Assembly: GCA_949358305.1 (NCBI GenBank)
Contig: OX442314.1
Location: 20,708,001 to 20,772,000, forward strand
Length of the DNA: 64,000 bases
Direction of reading: 5' to 3'
Source of the DNA: Strigamia acuminata
Lineage: Eukaryota
Of this stretch, positions 13,225 through 26,233 are shown piece after piece (positions within the stretch are counted from its first letter, which is position 1; the number at the start of each line of letters is the position of its first letter). The translations under genes and the position numbers were made by a program. Under the pieces are notes generated by a model that worked only from the letters and a program-made list of their open reading frames with translations, had not been told where the DNA came from and searched no databases.

Positions 13225-14781
13225 AATTATACAACATTTGCAAATGGCTTGTCTAATTTTTAAATAAATAAATAGTACCTTTAAAGAAAAAACACCAGGG
13301 CTAAGACGAGTATATAAAAGCTATGAAGAGAGCCAATCCCCAGTCTAATTTTTACTAGTCCACCATGCGGTCGCCAAAACATTTTTAGGCCCGTTTTTCA
13401 CGTGTTTGTGTGAGACCTTTGCCTGTGCCCGAACTGGCCACGCAGGTCCAAACGGCCGCCATTACAACCAATTCAAACCACTGTTTTGAAGGAATTAGAC
13501 CTACAATCCTTGATCCAAAGAGGTCTACAAAACTTCTCCAAGTCTTCCAACCTACTGCCGACCGCTCCTGCAGTGTCCCAAGATGTGCTGCGACTGGCCG
13601 CGAGGTCCGTCTTCCGGCCGAGTCACGCAGATCATCACCATGGCCATCATCAATCTTGAAAAATCATCAAACCGCAAGACCTATCCTAGGAACGCAAGAG
13701 TGACATCCCCGGACGTGGGCAGGCTCAGGTCGAAGGCAACCTAGGTCGAAGGATCCAGCGTCCTTTTCCGACACAAGTTTGGAAAACGAATGCTATGACT
13801 CCGGGTCTGACCAGTCGTATGTTTCGGGTACCAGCTCACCCAGTCCAACTGGCCTTAGAGACGAAGTTGCCAGACTCATGTCTAGGTTAGCCAAATTGTC
13901 CAAATACTCGAGACATAAAACAGTCGTTTGAGTTCAGATTCAGTAGAGAACGTTGTGACAAACGTCCCTTTCCTAACCAAAAAATCAGCAGAAAGGATTG
14001 AGAAGATTTTGTCCCTTAAAATTTTTGATTTGAGATTAAATTTCTCTTTTTCTTTTAGTCATCAGCATCTGACGCCAAGAAGTTCCGGGGCAAGTTTCCT
14101 CGACCCGAGAACCAAGTTCCATCTTTAGGAAATGGACGACAACGTCAAGAGCTATCTTAATGACAAGAAAACAAATTTTTCGCCTTTCTGAGTTATAGCG
14201 ACCTTTCTCAGGTAATCTTCTCAAACTCCCTTTCGCATTTCTAGATTTTACGATAACTCTTCGCCAGTACTTAGTTTCACCATTTCAATCCACAAGTATA
14301 CGAGACAATTATTTATTTTGGCTTCTTTTCCTTTTGAGGGAGTCTCTTCTACTACTATATCCAGATAGATTAAAAGCACCGTCGGTAATGTCAGTATACC
14401 TCGATTTTTACCGCCCAGTCTACTAGGGCAACTTCCACCTCATTTGCGGCAAGCAGAGGTGTATCCGTGAGTCATATTATCAAAGCAGCTGATTGGTCGA
14501 CTGCTGAGATTTTTAAAACTTTTTATAAGAAACCTATCATTTCATTTTTGGAAGAATTTTCTTTAGTTGTTTTGGGAGGCTATAAACAGCCATAACTTAA
14601 CAACATTTATTTGCAAATGTTGTATAATTGAATAAAGTTTTGTAAACTTCAGTGTGTTTTTTTTATTAGACTGGAGATTGGCTCTCTTTGTAGCCTTTAT
14701 ATAGTGGTGTTACCCCTGGTGTTTTTTTCTATTTATTTATTTAAACATTAGACAAGCCATAAGTTAACAACATTTATTTGC
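13225..14781 (+). mobile_element. DIRS-like tyrosine-recombinase retroelement, internally deleted and degenerate
   Basis: Diverged inverted terminal repeats at 13246-13349 and 14665-14760. An internal complementary region at 14589-14629 is reverse-complementary to the left terminus (AATTATACAACATTTGCAAAT). A tyrosine recombinase remnant lies just before the ICR. No RT motifs seen. Confidence 0.85.
13870..14594 (+). pseudogene. DIRS tyrosine recombinase remnant
   Basis: Manual translation gives ...TLRQYLSFT...QLFILASFPFEGVSSTTISR*IK..., a frameshift, then SIFTAQSTRATSTSFAASRGVSVSHIIKAADWSTAEIFKTFYKKPI. This matches the DIRS YR C-terminal pattern TISRWIK / FTAHSTRAxSTS / AAxWS / TFxxFY. It contains a stop, a frameshift and H>Q in the HSTR motif. 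The 5' boundary is approximate. Confidence 0.85.
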
Positions 14782-17700
14782 CTAGTATAATTTTAATTTT
14801 GCTTCATAATTACTACCAAATTTCTAATTTTTAAAGCAAAAAGCAATAAGCTTGACTCGACAACAAGATTAATTTTTAATTCGGCTTAATCATAAAAATG
14901 TAGAATCATTAACTTGGTGATCACTCTTCTGATTTTAATCAAAAAAATGTAAAACTTCAAGAATACATAATGAAAATTCAAGTTGATATAAGCCAAGATG
15001 TAGGCCTATTGAAGCTTCAACTGAAATTGGAATTCCATAAAACATTAAAAAAATCTTACACCAATATCAAGTGAAATAAAATTCCATAAAGCTTTAATTA
15101 ATAATTCAATTCAATGACCACGTACAACCCATTATCCCTTAAAAAAAACACGATACAAAAAAATATATACATAAAAGACACCATCAATCAAACTGAGGAC
15201 AAATAGTCCCCTTTTTTTAATTAATTCCACTTCAGTGTGACCCAGGTGTGTTGCACTCATTTATAAACGCATATTAATTTTTCCCATGCACACTACCAAC
15301 AGTTACAGCATTTAACGATTCCTCTTCGTGTTTATGGCATCAACAAATCGATATGTACAAAGGGAGTGATGTGTGAGAGTAAAAGACCCCTCAAAAAAAC
15401 AAAAGTAGACAAAACATGCAAAAATTTAATGCCCGTCACATGATAAATGATATTCACAAAACAAACTTTCAGCTTTAATCAAACTAGTATGTTTTTGACG
15501 GCCATGTCACGACCATCTTGTTAACCAGGATATTTTTGCATTGGAAAGAAAGAAGAAAAAAATCGATACAAGGAAAAGTGAGTTGAATGTACACCATAAT
15601 TACTTTGGGAGGATTTTCATACCAAATTGAGCAAACAAAAATAAAATGAGCGTTGGCATCAGCACCTTTAATATTATAAATTAAATCCTAAAGGAATAAT
15701 ATTTGCTATGGCCTCAAGTACCGGCGGAAATGTCATCAAAATCTGTCCTACATCAATCGCAAAGTGCAATCGCTTGTTTGCCTAGGACCAAATCAATTCT
15801 TTTATCACAAATTTGGCCCACATTTAAATTAGAACTTTAAATGGTTGCCAAAACTAATTCCAAAAGCAAAAATATGCTTTGATCATTGATGTGCAGTCTA
15901 GCATCAGACATGTCTAAAGGAAGCCCAAGAATGAGCACCAGAGGAAAAATTTAATTAAGACTCCACTGATGTCCAGTTAGCCAATACTACTTCCCTTCCT
16001 CCAGGGAGGTCTATACCAACACAGATTACTTCTCAAAACCCTAAAATACACTGTTCAAATTCCCAGGTCACACCTGTAAATACCATCAACACCACAGTTA
16101 AGCTTTTTTGCTTAATTTATTGATTTTTATACAGCAGAAATGACCAAAAAAATAACAAAAACAACTAAAATTTAATCAAAACACTGAACCTTCGCTCACC
16201 ATTGCTTATCTTCCATCCCACGGAGCTTTGATAAATTTCACAAAAAAATAAAAATCAACTTTTAACGGAAATAAAGTACGGTAGAATGACAATACCAAAA
16301 TATTTTCAATGAAAAAAATATAGTCCCGATTACTTCACGTTTCAAGGTTGCGAGCAAAATTATCTGTATATTAATAGCCGTTGTGTGTGCATCCGAGAGA
16401 TTTGATTGGTTTAATACAGATCACATGATCCAATAGATGCCCAAATTAGTTGAAAACATCATCTACGCATGTAACCTGTCACTAAATCCACGTAAAATTA
16501 TTTTCTACACGTTTTTCGACATAAATCAGAAGTCCCTAGAGAATTAGCGTAGATTATTACGTGGTACCACTTTTCTATTATTATTCTATTATTACAGAAG
16601 CCAAAACTCAACTATGGCAACAGACGCAGTTTTAAAAAAGCCGTAAGAAAAAATGTAGCGCGAGCAACAAATAGCTGTACTCAATGTTTTAGGAGTCACT
16701 GGGGGTCCAACTCTCCAAAGATATTCACTACTATTAGTTAAACTGTGTCCAACGAAAGCTGAACGTGATTACCCCTTGTTTTTTTCGACAACCGTCTGTG
16801 TGTGCAGCAATGAATACCGCGTTTGGGGAATAAAGAAGAGAGGTCCCAGTTATCCTCTTCTCTCGATAGCCAAGGGGCCCACTTGCGCCACAAAATCCAC
16901 CCATATATATTCAGCACTAGAAAAAAACCGTTCAATTTACTCAATCGAACTTTTCGCTCCTTTTAAAGGTTTAAAGGGAAAAAAAGCACATGATTCCGTG
17001 GAAAAGGTCAAGAGAGTGGGTAATCATGTGTAGGTAAACTATCGATTTCACAAATAATAAGTTTCCCTTTTTCAATATATTTTATTTATTTATTTAAATC
17101 CCGCAGAATGAAATATCGAAAAACCGAATTCATGTTGGGAACAAATCTTTTATTGATATTTTCCATACGTTCTGTAAATGAAATTTTGTTTCTTATGCAA
17201 TTACAATGGGTATAAAAAAAATTTAAACATGTTTTTGTAGTTTTATTGCACTAAAAATGATAGTACCATTAACTTCTGTCAAAATTTTCAAATTTCCATC
17301 ATTTACAAATTACTAATTACTGCCGATTTTTGCGATAACTTTCTCCATTTATTAAATATACAGACCAAAAGTAATATATCAATTCCAATCGAGTTTCCTT
17401 TCCCAAGAACTTAATGAATAAATAAAATTTATCGACTTTGTAATTTTCCCAGTTCGATATTTCCAAATGATACTAACAGTACCACCGAATCAATCAATCG
17501 TTTTTTACAACAAAAACAATAAATAAAAAAAATAAAAATATATAAACTCATAATTTTTTTCGACTATACCGATTATTACGCGAACCAATAAAAAGAAAGA
17601 AAAAAATATGTTCCATCATTAAAAACGCATATGCAATTTTCACCCCCGTTCAACTCCAACAACTCTTTAACTCTCATCTCAGCTCCTCTTTAACCTCGAC

Positions 17701-20700
17701 CCACCTTCAAAAGGTTATACAAGGTCAATTCTCCACTTTCTTCAATCCATAATTTTTATTTTTCTACATTAAATATTTTCCCTGCTTTTTCCTAACACAA
17801 ACACAAAGTTGTTATTGCCGATGCCAAAACAAACGAACATCAAAATACAATTTTTTCCCGTCAAATTTAACAGTAATTAACGGTGAGTGGAATACTTAGA
17901 GCTGTACAGCTTTAAATGTAAAAGATAGGTGTGTGTGTGAATGTTGTGATTGCATTCCATTAACATTAATGAAAATTGTAGCAAACATGACAATGGTTTT
18001 AGCGGAAGCTCTAACGGCATGTACAATTGCCCAAATGAATGAGTTGCAATACAATGGCGTCAAAGTATCTTTGCCGTGTTATGTAATGTGTTGGAAAACA
18101 CGACTTGATTAATATTGATTAACGTAGCCGCAAACAAAATAATAAATAAAAAAAATTGCACGCACTACAAATATCGACTAATCTCAATAAATAAATAAAA
18201 TTGACGTTGCCCTCGAATAAATTCGTTTTACATAAATGTCAAATGATTGTCATTTTCAACAAACGGCGGCCATTATTTTCCACTTTGAATAATCGCCATA
18301 ATCGCCCTACCGGATCAGTCATGTAATTGGCCTATTTTTACATCCCCCGGTGTCCCCAATCGAACAAAAAAATCCACAGGGATTTACTACGATGAAGATG
18401 CAAGAAGTTGCAATATTCTAGATACTGTATTCAATTTCTTATCTTCGTAGTTGTCAGTGCCAGCAAAAATGATACAAGCCACTTCTTTCGCCCAAAAAAA
18501 CGATCTTCAAGTGACCTTTCACAAGATTAATAAGACTGAGGAGCCGCATTAGAGACTTAGAAACAACAAGACATCAAAATATCATGAAAACATTTGATTA
18601 TATTCCCTCGTGAGAGCCTACTGAACAATCGTCTACATCGGAAAAGCATTGCTAGCATTTGCTATTGCCTGCCAAGAGGCTCCAGCATTCCATAACATCA
18701 TTTTGTTGTCTGCTATTATTCTGCGCCAATTGACTTAAGCTTTAGGAATACCTAGAAGACTACTTACTGACTGTGCTGACTGCACACGTTACCAACCTAA
18801 AGACGACCAAAAAGCTGAAAAACTCAACTCTGTTTACAATTTGTTAGTGGCCTCCTCTAACTGCACAAACAAACGCTGCTTGTGTGATCTGAGAAAGTGG
18901 TAAGACATGTTGTGGTTGGCTTTATAAAAATGTTTATACAAACTAAAGTGTACGTTCGAACCTCTTAATAATGTCTAGGGATTATTTGACCACATAAACC
19001 TTCATTTCTCAACTTATTCATCCTCATCCAAAATCAATAAGTATTTCAATGTCCATCAACAAACTAATTCAACCAAAGTTTATTAGCAAGCTCGACTTGA
19101 TTGTTCATTCTATTTTTCCCTCTGACCAAAATTCAATCTTTTCACCATCTTCTTCCAAGTTTCACCAGTAAAAGCCATAGGTTATCTCCTCCACTCTACA
19201 CATCTCCCAAATGGCTTTATAAACAATTTACAAGGCAACACTCCCTCCCTCACCAAATCAATAATCTCTTCAATAGCTTAATGGACTTATGTTTCCCTTG
19301 CACCTGTATTCACCCATAACCCTTTCCTTCGACTTCCTGTTTACTCAATTTTATCAATTGTTGATGGGACCAAAGATAAAAAAAAACTAAATCTAAAATC
19401 AACAAAATAAATTTATTACCCATCACCATCATCATCAGAAATGAGTTTCAATAACATCAGGGCAAAAGTAAACAGACTTGTGTGTGTGTGTGCTCGCTTG
19501 CATATTCCAATTGAAGAGCAAAGAGATCAATAGAAATGTAATTTTCGGTGCACAGTCATCGAAAGAGAAATGAACCAAATCATCATTCCAACCCACACAA
19601 AAAAAGAAGTTTAAAGTTAATTTTCTTCTTTTCTTTCTTTTCATTTTCACCCAACTCGTACTTTTCATTTTCATCATTTCCTTTCCAAACTTGTGACATA
19701 ATAAGTGTGACAAAGCACGGCTGCAGTTTTCCATTGCTTTGAATAAAAAAAAAAAACGAAACTAAAAGAAAAATAATAATAATAACTTTCCAATTCACTT
19801 TCTTTTTGTCCGACGTAACACGTTATATCAGTATAAGATCTAAGATCCTAAGAACAATTGTACTAAAAATAACCTTCAAAGAAATAACTATCAAAACGCT
19901 GCTTTTATTACTCGACTAAAATAAGCTCCTACACTTCTCTCCGACAAATTAAAAGCGACAACTTACACCAAATCAAAAGTAACTCAACACCACTAAATAA
20001 CACCAACTTATAATCTTTTAACAAAATCTAAGAAAAAAAAATCCACATTAAAGAGAATGTAGCAAAAAACAACAACCCTAGAATATTTAAACTAAAACCT
20101 TATTAAATCCCAGTCTATAATTGCACTATCATCACAAACCATCAACTCCAAAAATAATTAAATAAATAAAAAAAACAAATGCATTGTGTTCCTTTTTCTA
20201 GCCACACAAACACTCCAAGTATATTGAACGACAATTAATTTGGCAAGGTGCACGAAGTAATCCATCTGCATTATTTGTCCCTCCACGAAAAATAATCTAA
20301 AATCATTGGAGATTAATCTGCAAACATTCAATCGAATTAATTTCACTTAAGATTTAGTTTGCAAGGTAAAACCAGCGCAAGATCATTTATAACAAAAATT
20401 AACCCTGATTAATTACAAGCTCTTAATTAATGATCACAAACGTTATTAATGATCGTTATCACTTCATTATTTAACGCATGTCCATCCAGAAATACAGTCC
20501 TAACAAAAGACCTTACATGTTTCCACAAGGCATTAAAGTCGACATGACTCACTCGCATCTTACATCATGTGCTGCTTGCCCCATTAAACACCAACATACA
20601 TCATTTATTCACCTTCAACACAAACTGCCTTCCTAGCCAATTTAAACTTGTGAATTTTTTACAACTTAGAAAAATATATTCACCGTTCGTGAAAATTTCT

Positions 20701-21067
20701 TTATGGCTTATTTATTCTTCACCCACTACGTGTCATCTTCATTAACTAATACTAGAATTAATTCCAAATTATGTAAATCACCATTATAAGCTTTAACAAA
20801 CCAAACCCAAATTTTATTCCCCGTTTATTCTCTCCCAACCATTCATAAACTTCAACAAACTAGAAATTTAAATTTTTTCCTTATCATATTATTCGCCAGG
20901 ATTTTAGCATAACACTGCTCCCTTTCAACACCCAGATATTTCACACATTAACATTCACCTGGCCTAAATTGCTAACATTCAATATTTACATATAATACTT
21001 AGTCACACGCCACCTACTTATTTTGAAAATTTAAGCAAGAGAACATAAAAGAAGAAAATGTACTTAC

Positions 21068-21096
21068 TCTATCGTCCCAGGCATGTCAGGAGGCAT
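21068..21096 (-). CDS. Candidate coding end of a first exon of an unidentified host gene (MPPDMPGTI + 2 nt, phase 2)
   Basis: ATG at 21096-21094 reads open to a strong donor AGA|GTAAGTA (GT at 21067-21066), downstream of a well-spaced TATA/initiator pair. Confidence 0.5.
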
Positions 21097-21344
21097 GCAG
21101 TTAACCGGGGGAGCGACGGCCGGTTCGCCGGGTGTCGGTGGAGCCGTTATGGGCAAAGCAAAATTCCAAAGTCAACAAATAAAAAAAATTAAAGAATAAA
21201 AATAAACAGTCGCGTACAAATTTCAAAGAAAATAAACGGACGAATGAATAAATATTTGTACGAACTAAACTAAGACTAGATAAGAGTCAGTCAACGGACC
21301 GATCACGATCCGCACTCAGTCGATGAAGACCAAAGTGAGGCTAG

Positions 21345-21810
21345 AGAGAGTAGTGTTGCTCACACAACCAACCCTGGGTTTATATATCCACGGGTGAGTC
21401 GAGATGGCTGCTAGGGGAAGGCGGGGTGTGGTACACGGAACACACGATGAATTAGAGACAAGCACACGCAGATGGGAGTGCGAGACGAGAAGGCGGCAAC
21501 ATTGACTAGCCCGCCGATTGATCGTGCTTCCACATACGTATACACAGCAGCGCGTATATATATATACACATACAATCTTCCAGTTTGCGGTCCCTCACTT
21601 TAGACGGCTTTGGCTTTGTCGGCGACTCGTCAGCACACGCAGAAAAATCCCGATCCGACAATGGCAAGTGATAAAAGCTGTTGATTTGACGGATTCAGGC
21701 AAACGGAACGGCAGATTGTGTGAACCGTGCTGCAGCCATGCAACTCTGCCGAGCTGCACTAGTGCTCGATGCGGGCGGCCAAGTAAACTCGGCGCTCGAT
21801 ATGTGTAATA
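21345..21810 (-). promoter_or_regulatory. Candidate TATA promoter with CpG-rich upstream region
   Basis: TATATAAA on - at 21386-21379. An initiator-like C-A-C-T has its A at 21354, 30 nt from the TATAAA start. The region is locally GC/CpG-rich in an AT-rich background and is followed by a T-rich leader and a strong donor. Confidence 0.55.
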
Positions 21811-24800
21811 TAATGCTCCAAAACGCGCTTTTCAATAAGCTTGGTAATTTCTTACAAGTGTTGACAATTTTCTTTCACTTTTTTTTTATTTTTTTTATTT
21901 TTAAATCTTGTCTATATTTATGCTTCCTTAGCAACCACCCCCACATTAATGCCATTTATCTTCATTAAGAGGGTGGGAGGAGAGCAATGGTTAAATGATT
22001 AATTACCAGTAAATTCGTTACAGTTATTTTGAATCCAGAGTGATGGCGATGGATAATTAGATAAATAAATAACCTCACTTTTTATATATGCATCCATCTT
22101 TTTTTTCTGGGGGAAAATTTTGCAGTCGGATGTTGATGTTTTAATTCCACGCAATTTGGATTGAAATTTTGTAGTGACGAATGCAATTATCGATTAAAAA
22201 GATGTTAAATTTCAAATTTCAAATGTCAAATGTAAGTTTGTAAAAAAAAATATTTATTAAATAGATTGTCAATAAATAAATTTTAAAAAATTTATCGGTA
22301 TTGATTATTCGATTGTTATCATCAAATTGTTATTCATTTCAATACTCGCAAATAAACATCGAAATAAATACATTTTCCGGATTGAATAAAATTCACGAAT
22401 AAATTTCTTTTTCTCTTTAAAATTCAAACAGTAACTTCTGTTGACCCAAGTTAATTCTCAAACTTTAAACTTTTGCTTATTAATCAAATTGAAGACATAA
22501 AATCGAACAAATCCTAACCTGGCTATTTGCCAAGTGAGATTCTCTTCGTGCCAAAAAAAGTTAAACCAATGACTCTTGATTTTCCTCCTCACAGCAGAAA
22601 CGTCAATCAAACTATGTGAAGTGTCACACATTTCCACGACTTAATTAGTTTAAGGAATAATTCTTAGCTCAATATTCCGATAACTTTCGCACTAACTTTC
22701 AAACCACAAAAATAAAAAAATAAACCCAAAAAAAAAACTCTATAAATGAAATTACAACAGCCAAAGACAACACACTGTAGTATCATTCAAATCGTATTTC
22801 ATTTATATTTCAAGAGAGTCCAAAGTCAGCAAAACAACTCGTATTATCCAATGCAATATTGAGCAATTCCCATCACAAAAAGAAAATAACTGGCACAAGA
22901 ATCCACGTGTATAAAAATCTATACAAGGCTTCTTAGAAGGAACCTTACAAAAACAGTGAAATGAGTAAACAACTTAAATTGTATGTTGCAACCTTGTCCG
23001 TCATTGTATTGAATTATTAGTGAAGCCAAAAAAACACAAAACAAAATCCTGATGTAATAATCACATAAATAAATATTTAAAAAATAATTACATTTAAATT
23101 TAAATTATTCTTTCTCAATTTTCTAGAATTAGCCATTTAAATAATTAATAACATCAACTATTATTTCATACACTATCATAAATTTCAACCCATTTCAACC
23201 GTCCTAGTCATCCCATCTTCCCCCAGTCCAAACAACCAATCAAAACTGTCTCATAAATTATTCCCCATCTTGATTGTCGGCCGTTCAACATTCACCAAAC
23301 ATTGACCAATCCACAGTTTAATTTTTCATTAACTTCCTAATCTCTATCACTTTCATCAATTGCCCTTTTAAACTACAATTATGGCTAACTCGCCCCACCT
23401 ATATCAGCCTTTAACAAACATTCCCACAATTCAATAACGGTAGACCAAACAGCTAACTAACACAAGAGACTGAAAGCAAAAAAAAAAATGTAAACAATCA
23501 ACTGGCAAGTAAGCCACTGACCACTATAATTGCCATAATTAAGGCAGACTTCATAAAAATCCTTCGGACCTATTTGACAATCAACACGACATATGATTGA
23601 CAAACAACGACTTAGCAGCTGCAGCTCGCCTCAAGTGACCACTCCCTGCCAATTATCTCTAGAACCCTGCAGGTCACGTAAAACATACAAACACAACCCA
23701 ATTGACTGGCAGCGTACTTGAAACTTTCCTAACGCAATGAATCATCGATGACCATAACGGACCCGCCAATTTCATTTTTTTTATTTATCGTTCATTTCCT
23801 CAGCTGCTTCCCTGCTGATCAATCAATCAATCTATTCAATATTTTCTCGTCATCTCGAAATGCATTTTAAGTAAGTCTTGGAAATTTTTCCTTAAAATGC
23901 AAGAATAATTATATAGTGTTTTTATTTTACCCAATTTTGCACTTATTGCCAGCAAAATAGGGAGTTGCCATGGCGAGGTGTAGCACAAGCCCGCATGGCG
24001 CACAGGATGTGTTGCATCCTGGGTAGGGACATTTTCAGAATGATGCAGTCTAAATCAAACTTTTGAATTGTAAACACTACATTGTAAAACAAACAAAAAA
24101 AAACCAAACCATTTACAAGATTCACTGTGGATTCTAACTTTGGACTCGTCGTTCCAAAATAAGGAGAAAGTCTAATTTGTATTATTGAATAAAAGAAATA
24201 TAGCATTGCAATAATCTTAATGCTAATTTCTGCACAGGAAAATTCGGAAGTCTTTTGAAATCTTAAAACAAACAAAAATAAATGAATAAAAATATTTTTA
24301 TGGTCTCCAACACAGCCCATAAACAACAAGAGCGCAAAGACAATACAACTTTGGTCTTGGGTCCAACAAAAGGTCGAGAGAAGCGACTAGGAGAACGTGT
24401 TATTGCGTTTTGGCCAACGCTACCCATAACGTGATTCCCAAGAGACACTTAAGTGCCGCACAGCATGGGTTGACCAAACTCTCTTGCAACTGAAACATCA
24501 CAGCAGCACCAACAAAACAAACCTTATAAACACTGCAATCATTTCAACTTAATCAACATCTTTGATTTCCCTTTTACAACGATTTCCCCAAAACGCATTT
24601 CTCAAAATAATTGTGTGAACAACCAATAATTGCCCCTAAATTTTCCCCGCATAACTTTAAGCTAAATGCAAAAGACCTTGAAAAATGCCTTCAAAGTCAA
24701 GTCTAGAGCCATAATTACACTTGGCCCACTTCGTAGAACAAACAAAAGAAACAATAAACTTTTTTTTTTACCATCCTGTAGTCTACACTGTCCAATTTAA

Positions 24801-25505
24801 TGCGAATTTATTTATGGAACTAAATCTTTAGTCATTTAATCTTTACTTTCCAAACTTGTGGATACAGATATTAAAAATCGTCACTATATAAAAGCAGTTG
24901 AAAACCCCGTGGATTCCATATATCCAATCTGCTAAGTACAAGTTTATGGGCCAAGGTACACTTTAAATTGCGGCACCCATTCAATTCTTTGGAATTACTT
25001 CTTGCGGGAGAGGTTTCAAGTTTTGCCTTCAATATATGTGCCTTTTTCGGCGGTCAACACCATCCACTGATGGCTCCCTCAAGACGCTTTTCTGACACGC
25101 GTGGACCAAATCCAATTGGCAAGTGGACATTCCACTCACGCCCGGAAACCACTTTTCGAATTTACATGCTTCACAGAATTTCAACACCATCCACCAAATT
25201 GTCTGCTATCCCCCCTCTTGAAAAAATTGCATCCCCATCTTGCAGTAAAACATCACCACAGAATGGGGAGAAAAAAATCACCTGGAACTAGTACAGCATC
25301 ATTGCTTGTTCACAACAATTCGAAATTGTTGTTCTGACAGACATTTCATGTCATTTGCCAAAAGTCTAAATGGCTCAACAGCGGTGGAACATTTTCACGA
25401 TATTGTGCCAACTAGTTTGAGTTGGTTTCATAGTATTCAGTCACAACTTACTTGCTACAGTTGTATTGAAGACTACTTAAAATTGGAATGCATAAAGTAT
25501 GTATC

Positions 25506-25542
25506 GCTTACCTGCAAAGAAACAAAAATTCATATATTAAAA
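25506..25542 (-). promoter_or_regulatory. Candidate recursive splice site (ratchet point / zero-length exon)
   Basis: The - strand reads TTTAATATATGAATTTTTGTTTCTTTGCAG|GTAAGC: a branch-like TTAAT, a polypyrimidine tract and CAG fused directly to a consensus donor. Junction at 25512/25511. Confidence 0.55.
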
Positions 25543-25809
25543 AACATTCAATTTTCTAATGTTGAAGTGGAAAAAAAAATGATTACTCAACCATCAACCC
25601 AATAACTGAAATCGAACATTTTTTGCAGAAATTATTGATCTTCTAAAACAAAGATGTTTACAGATATTCATCTTATTTTCAGTTATTTTCATAAAAAAAA
25701 CACCCAGTATTTGTATTTTTAGAACACGAACCACTCATTTGCTGATGGCAATTATGCAATAAGGGGTTTCATTAATCGTCTATTTTGAAAATCTTTCACC
25801 TCCAATTAA

Positions 25810-25935
25810 CAGGGGCACATCATCGTACTGGCACATTGGGCACTCACACAGGTTAATCAGTTTACCAAAAACAAAAATAAAACCAAATAAATAAAATAAA
25901 TTTGAATTTGGTGCCAGAGCCCTGGGTCCCCAAAC
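25810..25935 (+). repeat. Dispersed repeat family B (MITE-like), copy 1
   Basis: GCACATCATCRTA-TGG-ACAYTGGGCACTCRCACAGG...GTTAATCAG, an (AAAAT)n tract and a GG(G/A)YCCC motif are shared with about 54.0 kb and, more loosely, 41.85 kb. Confidence 0.65.
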
Positions 25936-26233
25936 ACAGTGATTTATCGCGTGACAAATCACCAATCATGTGCATAATTGCCAAAAACAAGTGTCTAAAA
26001 ATGCAAAACCACAAAATCAAGCAAAAAATATGATTTTTGTAATTTTGGTAAGCAATTTTGAGGCTTGTTAAACACAAAACAAAATGGAAGCGACCACGAT
26101 CGATCGTAAGTGGCCTTATGAATTAAGTCATGATTTGCTGAATTATTTGTGAATTCATAACAGTAGGATAAACCAAAAAACGACCCTAGAGCACTGAGTG
26201 ATACATCATTAGTTTTTTGTAGCTACTTTGCAG

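Noticed and set aside
21084..21866. Solo LTR interpretation of the GC-rich block (TGTCA...TGACA)
   Set aside because: No TSD; better explained as a minus-strand promoter and first exon.
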